NCBI GenBank assembly: GCA_031262125.1
Contig: JAISII010000169.1
Span: 1-39,074 of the forward strand
DNA: 39,074 nt
Direction of reading: 5' to 3'
Source of the DNA: Oscillospiraceae bacterium
GTDB taxonomy: Bacteria > Bacillota > Clostridia > Oscillospirales > Acutalibacteraceae
Shown here: one piece after another, positions 14,501-19,800 of the stretch
Position numbering within the stretch: position 1 is the first letter of the stretch
How the letters are laid out: every line of letters starts with the position of its first letter
The notes under the pieces: generated by a model
The model's input: the letters and a program-made list of their open reading frames with translations, nothing else
Databases searched by the model: none
What the model was told of the DNA's origin: nothing
Program-made: the position numbers and the translations under genes

Positions 14501-16602
14501 GTTGTGTCGATAGTTTCGTTGTAAACTATGGCATCCCATGTTGAGGCGGTAATTTCGCTTAACTCTTTTGTCGGGTCTATACGGCCAAACAATGCGTTTG
14601 CTCCGATATATTCAGCAGGTACCGAGTAGCTGTAGATGGGAGGATTGCTGCCCGTTACATATGTCGGGGCTATCCAAAGGTTGCCGCTTTCGTTCCATAC
14701 ATACAAGCCTGATTTTACACCGCTGCTTGCCCATGCAGGCAAGTTCTTTGTATCAAGATATACTGTTATGGGTTCGCTCGGTTCAACCGGTTCGGTTGCA
14801 GCTGTAGTAGGTTCGTCTACGGTGGGTTCTTCATCGCCCCCTGTCGGTGCGATGAGAATTTCGCAATAGCTGCCGTTGACTACATCTTCGCCAACATGGA
14901 AGATGATTTCTACTGTTGTCCAGGCCCATGTGATTTCTATTACTGCATTACCTGCAGAGTCTGCTAAGCCATCTTCATTCCAAGAATGACCGTTTGGTGA
15001 TTCTACAGAATCATACCATGCGCCGTTTGTTACTTTGAATTCGTATGTGCCTTTTACTAAGTGTTCAAAAACTAAGCCGTATGTGTTATCGTCAATTTTG
15101 GTCATTTCCAGACCGTCAACGTTCCAAGCACCAACTTCTTCGCCTACAAGACCAACTGTGCCTGCCAAATAGTATTTAACTTCCGGGGCAGGTTCGGGTT
15201 CGTCTTCAGTTGGGGCTTCGGTTGGTTCTGCAGGTGTGTATGTGTAAGAATTAACCGATTGCACATTTGTAGTGCTGTCAAAATAGAATGCAATGTTGTC
15301 ATGCAAGTCCGCTACTGCAATATCTTCTGTTTTGAAGTAGTCTTCCCATTTGTCTTTTGCAGTCTCGTACTCGTTGCGGAACAGAATACCGTCTGCACTG
15401 TCTAAAACTGTGCCGGGGATTACTGCTGACCAAAGGTCGCCGTTTGCTCCGCTTGCCCCTGTTGCTGTCATGTTTATTGTGCCGCTTGTTTCAGCTCCCC
15501 AATAATAGATTGCTGCAGGTGCCCAGTTGTAATTGTTTTCAAGGTATACTGTAATATCTTCCGAAGGTACGGGAGGTTCGGTTACGGGAGCCTCTGTGGG
15601 AGCGTCGGTTACAGGAGGTTCAGTAGGAGCTTCAGTGGGAGGCTCTGTTGGTTCTGCGGGTGCTCTGTATTCTCTCCAGTGTCCGGCGAATTTGTCTTCC
15701 CATGTTTTACCGTCTGCACTATCAAACGAGAATGTGCTGAATGCCGGGTCAGCCGAGATTGTTGTGTTGATAGTTTCGTTGTATACTATTGTATCCCATG
15801 TTGTACCGGTGATGTCGCTTAATTCTTTTGTCGGGTCAAGTCGAGCGAACAATGCACCTGCACCGATATATTCTGCAGGTACTGAATAACTATAGATTGG
15901 CGGGTTGCTGTTTTCTACATATGTCGGGGCAATCCAAAGGTTGCTGCCGCCGTTTATCCATACATACAAACCTGATTTTACGCCACTACTGGTCCATGGT
16001 GTAAAGTTTTTAGTATCTAAATATACTGTAATAGGTTCGGCAAGCACCGGAGGTTCGGTAACAGGTGCTTCTGTAATCGGCTCTGTGGGAGCATCAGTCG
16101 GATACTCTGTTACTTCTTCTGCTGTGGTCTCAACAACAGGAGGTTCGGTGGGTTCTGTTGGTGGTACTGTGGGCTCTTCTTCAGTTACAACTTCAAAAGC
16201 TACAACGTCAGACCATTTGCCGCCGCTTTTCGCAGAACTCTCCAGCGACCAAGCATAATCTTCGCCAATAGGAATATTGTTTGTTTGATTACCGCCATTG
16301 TCATTGAAAATTATGGTATCATACAAGCTAAGGTTTGCGTTTAAAGTGTAATAGTAATAGTTGTCATCGGCCTCAAGATATGCCATTTTTTGCCCTGGCC
16401 ATTCGGCATTTTTTGCACTTGAGCCGCTTTTGTACATATAAGCGTAAATGTCGTACCAGCCGCTGCTGATTGTTTTTGCTTTGCGGAAATAAATTTCCGA
16501 ACTGTCTGAACCATCTGCGGCTACTGCCGTAACAGCACAAACAGAAAACATTGCAGCAACCATTACTGCGGTTAAGATAATGCTAAGAATTCGTTTTGCC
16601 AT
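11587..16602 (-). CDS. Amylosome-type scaffoldin-like surface protein. Layout: signal peptide, CBM25/26-like starch-binding module, two copies each of two further module families, a beta-sandwich module, one cohesin-like domain, a PEPDPTD linker and a C-terminal wall-binding repeat array.
   Basis: 1671-aa ORF. Signal peptide MAKRILSIILTAVMVAAMFSVCAVTAVAA|DG. Module A: IYFRKAKTISSGWYDIYAYMYKSG..AEWPGQKM...YDTIIFNDNGGNQTNNI (WPGxxM/IIFN..G.QT pattern of CBM25/26). Module family B at aa 190-312 and 611-733; family C at aa 349-456 and 750-857. Cohesin-like domain at aa 861-1012. Six full, one partial and several degenerate wall-binding repeats at aa 1066-1671. There is no LPXTG motif and no SLH domain. 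Confidence 0.85.
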   Translation of the reverse strand: MAKRILSIILTAVMVAAMFSVCAVTAVAADGSDSSEIYFRKAKTISSGWYDIYAYMYKSGSSAKNAEWPGQKMAYLEADDNYYYYTLNANLSLYDTIIFNDNGGNQTNNIPIGEDYAWSLESSAKSGGKWSDVVAFEVVTEEEPTVPPTEPTEPPVVETTAEEVTEYPTDAPTEPITEAPVTEPPVLAEPITVYLDTKNFTPWTSSGVKSGLYVWINGGSNLWIAPTYVENSNPPIYSYSVPAEYIGAGALFARLDPTKELSDITGTTWDTIVYNETINTTISADPAFSTFSFDSADGKTWEDKFAGHWREYRAPAEPTEPPTEAPTEPPVTDAPTEAPVTEPPVPSEDITVYLENNYNWAPAAIYYWGAETSGTINMTATGASGANGDLWSAVIPGTVLDSADGILFRNEYETAKDKWEDYFKTEDIAVADLHDNIAFYFDSTTNVQSVNSYTYTPAEPTEAPTEDEPEPAPEVKYYLAGTVGLVGEEVGAWNVDGLEMTKIDDNTYGLVFEHLVKGTYEFKVTNGAWYDSVESPNGHSWNEDGLADSAGNAVIEITWAWTTVEIIFHVGEDVVNGSYCEILIAPTGGDEEPTVDEPTTAATEPVEPSEPITVYLDTKNLPAWASSGVKSGLYVWNESGNLWIAPTYVTGSNPPIYSYSVPAEYIGANALFGRIDPTKELSEITASTWDAIVYNETIDTTISADPDFCTFTFTSIAEGTAWPDKLDGHWREYKESVPPTEPPTAPPTADITVYLENKYNWAPAAIFYWTSNSDGTIPMTATGNYGENGDIWSAVIPGEVLDTAIGILFRNNFDATKWGNYFQTEDIAIADLYDGVCFYFDNETVDPTSVNSYTYTTPEPVISTFELTEANIGDTVTATYELNLPSDKIATSLDVHITYSSDVIEFERISIPVLSGGNLMTNTGEEGKIYFNSSAYYHPATGFNGFDFNDEGKVLATITFKVIAAGTGSVDLNIRDLAVADSTTEDLSYLVEYFTVIDDSFSLTSDSEAITITPAATEPEPDPTDPEPDPTDPEPDPTDPITDPTDPDPDPTDPEPDPTNPEPEPVGGWVKTLFGTRYFYSETSYYYSGWYTIDDVDYFFEAGYRLEGGLQLVPNAEGVLTWYFFNEDGTRDLTVEIADGFYTDRNGYAYAQNGLGLQGFQQIGDAVYFFSDNGYAQKGEIYGMIFGEDYKGINEIVEKEGTLYLYLDGVTTANGLYKVGDDYYLSNWGGVIFTDGRYHVETTYCDMPAGRSYYFGADGKMLNGVLESDDTSYLYINGDTTSNGLYKIGDDYYLSDWGGINLANGRYHVANTYCDLPAGRSYYFGADGKMLNGIYDGILYINGDTASKGLFKIGDDYYLSYWGGVIFTDGRYHVDTTYCDIPAGWSYYFGADGKMLNGVVENEGTLYLYINGDTTSKGLYKIGDDYYLSDWGGVITTDGRYHVVTTYCDLPADRSYYFGADGKMLNGIVENDGTLYLYINGDTSSKGLYKIGDDYYLSDWGGVIKTDGSYHVDTTYCDLSAGLSYSFGADGKMLNGMVEIDGILYLYINGITTPYGLFELDGDYYFASWGGVINTDGTYYVDVTNCDLPIGNYTFGVDGKMLDGFVTKTDGIYLYQNGNPAPLGLIAVDGDYYYVTEGGKLITDQTFFAEITNGLSVPMEYTFDASGKVIA
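11590..13407 (-). repeat. C-terminal array of wall-binding-type repeats: a degenerate ~135-aa lead-in, six full ~65-70-aa units and one partial unit
   Basis: Units are GTLYLYINGDTTSKGLYKIGDDYYLSDWGGVIxTDGRYHVxTTYCDLPAGRSYYFGADGKMLNGxVE. Neighbouring units are highly similar at the DNA level, and all resemble the repeats at 10397-11224. Confidence 0.85.
13408..13548 (-). repeat. In-frame 21-bp tandem repeat encoding a (PEPDPTD)n linker
   Basis: Protein reads PEPDPTDPEPDPTDPEPDPTDPITDPTDPDPDPTDPEPDPTNPEPEP. The DNA shows repeated ggatccgg(g/c)tcagggtc units. Confidence 0.9.
13567..14022 (-). other. Cohesin-like domain of the scaffoldin (aa ~861-1012)
   Basis: VISTFELTEANIGDTVTATYELNLPSDKIATSLDVHITYSSDVIEFERISIP...EGKIYFNSS...DEGKVLATITFKVIAAGTGSVDLNI follows the cohesin pattern G.TV.V.V.L......I...D..I.YD..VLE........G.I.F.......DG.LA.I.FKV....G....L. 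Boundaries are by eye. Confidence 0.65.
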
Positions 16603-16666
16603 AAATACATCTCCTCAAATTTTAATATCTTTTTACGTTATACAACGCAAATTTTCAGATAATACA

Positions 16667-16695
16667 ATTTTAACATTTTAAAATGCAATTTGCAA
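16667..16695 (-). promoter_or_regulatory. Putative promoter of the scaffoldin gene (extended -10)
   Basis: Minus strand: TTGCAA (16695-16690), a 17-nt spacer ending in TGt, then TAAAAT (16672-16667). The downstream leader shares TTATCTGAAAATTTGC and ATTTGAGGAGATG with the leader at 11342-11389. Confidence 0.5.
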
Positions 16696-16770
16696 GTGTT
16701 TTTTTGCATATTCACAATTTATTTATAATTAAATGCCAATCCTGTTTTTTTATTGCACTTTGTGTAGGAA

Positions 16771-16804
16771 AAAATCCCCTCCGTTAAAAAACGAAGGGGA
16801 TTTT
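16771..16804 (-). terminator. Rho-independent terminator of the amylase gene
   Basis: On the plus strand AAAATCCCCTcCGT pairs with ACGaAGGGGATTTT (one mismatch, loop TAAAAA). The minus-strand hairpin runs into TTTTTTCC. Confidence 0.8.
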
Positions 16805-16837
16805 AAGGTTAATTAAGTTATTTGTAATGCCATAAAC

Positions 16838-19800
16838 TTATACTTCGGGTATATAGGTGTAAGAATTTACAGACTGCAGTTCAGAGGCACTGTCGAAATA
16901 GAATGCAATGCCGTCATACAAATCTGCAACTGCAATGTCCTCTGTTTGATAATAATTGCCCCATGTTTCTTTAACTTCTTCGTAATTGTTGCGGAACAAA
17001 ATTGCTGTTGCACTTTCCAAAATTTCGCTCGGTATTACTGCCGACCAGATTGCACCATTACTTCCATTTTTGCCCGTTGCTGTCATTTCAATTATACCTA
17101 TTAAGCCGTCGGGGTTCCAATAGCGGATTGCTGCCGGTGCCCAATTATATTTATTTTCAAAATAAATTGTTATTGAAGAGCCGGGGTTAGGCGGGTAATA
17201 TGGGTCGCCGCCGCCGCCAACGTCGCTGAGTGTGCCGCTTTCGGGGTCAAACACTTTTTGGTCGTAAGAGGTATCTCCTGTTATTGAAATGCAGTTTGCA
17301 CCGCTTTGCAAGTTAATGTTATCCCACATATTGTAATAATCTGTGCCTACAGCACCGCCATCATCTTTAGCAACAAGTGTGGCAACTTCATAGCCTGTGC
17401 GGTAAATTGCAATATATGTCCAATCGCTGGGCAATTCATCCAAAAATGCATAGGTAGAGTTATCAGCATCGCCGGCTGCTTCAAGCTCTTTTGTCAGCGA
17501 GAAGCTTTCGCCGGTAGCTTTGTTGTAAATCCACAATTTTGCACCTTCTATAAACAGCCATTTGCCTGTTGCGGTTTTATCAGAACCGGATGTGCTGTCA
17601 TAAACATAGAAAGCATTGTCGCCGGGGTTCGGGTCGGGAGGATTGGGAGGTTCGGGTGGGTCAATTATCGGGTCGCCATGGTCAACATAAGACCATGTGC
17701 CTTTGCCGCCGGTTTCTATTGTAAGTGTGTTCATACCTGCCTGCCCTGCAAGGTCGGCAGTTTGGTTAGTTGTCTTCCAATCTGCTTTATCAACAAGCTT
17801 AAAGCAATCAACACCCGCCGGAACTGAAGTCGTATAGGCGGAAAAGTCAATTGAATAAACTCCATTGCCCTCGTCAGTACATTGAATAAACGGGTCAGTC
17901 GCAGTTGTTGGCAAGCCGCTTACACCCCAACCGTGAATATAAACAGATTCCCAGCCGCTGGGTTTTACAAAGTACAGTTTTAAGGGGATTGTAGCTTCAA
18001 CAGCATCGGGGTCATAATTGGCAATCAAATTACCTGAGGTAGAACCTGTAAGTTCATAAGCATTGTTGCTGCCAATGGTAATATTTTCCCATTTATCATA
18101 TACAATTGTCTTATCGCCCAAAGCTGCTTCTACTTCTGCACCTGTTGCCGGACCACCATCATAAGAACCTTTTACATTATAGATGGAGATATTGTTAACC
18201 GAGCTGCCTAAAGCAAAGCTGGCATAACGTGAATTATTGTCGGTGGGTGAATCGTTCTCGCCCAAATACCATGTGCCTGTGTCGTTATCACGTATCCACA
18301 GCAGTTTTGCATCGTCTAACGCCCAGCCTACTTTGTCGGCTACATAGAATGTTTTTGCGTTCGGGTCGGGCTCGGGAGGATTGGGAGGTTCGGGTGGGTC
18401 AACAATTATCGGACCGTCGCCATAGTCAACATAAGACCAAGTGCCTTTTAGCCCTTGTTGAATTGTAAGTGTGTTTTTGCCCTTCTCGCCTGCAATATTG
18501 TCGGTTTGCTTTGTTGCATTCCACTCTGCATCTGTTGTCGCAATTGTTTCAGTAAGTTTAAACATAGGCATACCCGGTGTGATTGCAGATGTATACGCCG
18601 AGAAGTCAAACGAATAAACACCATTACCTTCGTCTGTACATTCAAAGAACTGAGCATTTAAGCCGGTTCCACCCCAGCCGTAAACATAAACAGTCTGCCA
18701 ATCAGCGGGTTTTATAAAGTAGAGCTTTAATGGAATTGAATCTTCAACAGCATTGGGGTCATAATTAGCAATCAGTTCGCCTGTGGAGTTGCCTGTAAGT
18801 GCGTAAGCGTTGTTGCTGCCGATTGAGATATTTTCCCATTTGTTATAAACTATTGACGTATCATTCAGTGCAGCTTCAACTTCTGCACCTGTTGCAGGAC
18901 CACCTGCATAAGAACCCATAACATGGTATATTGAGATATTGCTTACATTTTTATCTAAAATGAATTCTGCATAGCGTGCATCGTTAGAAGGCAGTTCTTT
19001 AAAGCCCATATACCATTCGCCGGAAACATTATCATGTACCCAAAGGTCTGCTGCATTATCTAATGCCCATGCTACTTTGTCTACTACATAGAATAATTTT
19101 CTGTCGGGGTCTGGCTCCGGTTCGGTGTCAGGTACGGTGGTCGGTGTCGTGTCAGGTACGGTGGTGATTTCGCTGCCACCTGCAGGTTCGCCTACATTAC
19201 CTGTTTTCTCAAAATGTGCAAGATATTTTTGTATTAACGTAACATCGGCTACTGTAACACCTGATTCTTCATCGGCATTTGCCGCCGAAAGAGCTGTGCC
19301 TGTAATTGATTTAACTTTAGCCAAATGTTTTTGAATTTCGGTTGCATCGTCTACTGTTACTTTATTGTCGCCATTAGCATCGCCAATAATATAGCTGCCG
19401 GGGTTAATGACCGGAGCGGTAGTAGTTACAACGGGTGTAGTTGTAGTTATAACGGGTGTAGTTGTAGTTATAACGGGTGTTGTGGTGGTTATAATTGGTG
19501 TAGTTGTTGTAGATGTTTCTACACTTGTGGGTTGTTCATCGTCTTTTGCCGGCACAAGTATAACTTCCGGTGCAGGTGCCTCGGTAGGAACTTTGCCTGT
19601 GTATACTTTAAAAACCGAATTGGTAGTTAAAATATACGATTGGTTCTTTTCTACAAAAGGTCCTGTTGGTACTTTAGCAGCCGGATATTGAGGCGGCGGG
19701 TTTTTACCGCTGTTATCCATAAAAACAATGTGGCAACCTTCGGCATAACCTTTCGGCAGCTCGTAAAAATAATATCCGTAGCTAATTTCATCGTGCCTTG

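Noticed and set aside
11260-16602. Lipoprotein signal (Cys in ...FTVCGVTAFA and ...FSVCAVTAVAA)
   Set aside because: The residues before the Cys (T-V and S-V) do not fit the L-(A/S)-(G/A)-C lipobox. An AxA-type signal peptidase I site follows a few residues later. I call these ordinary Sec signal peptides.
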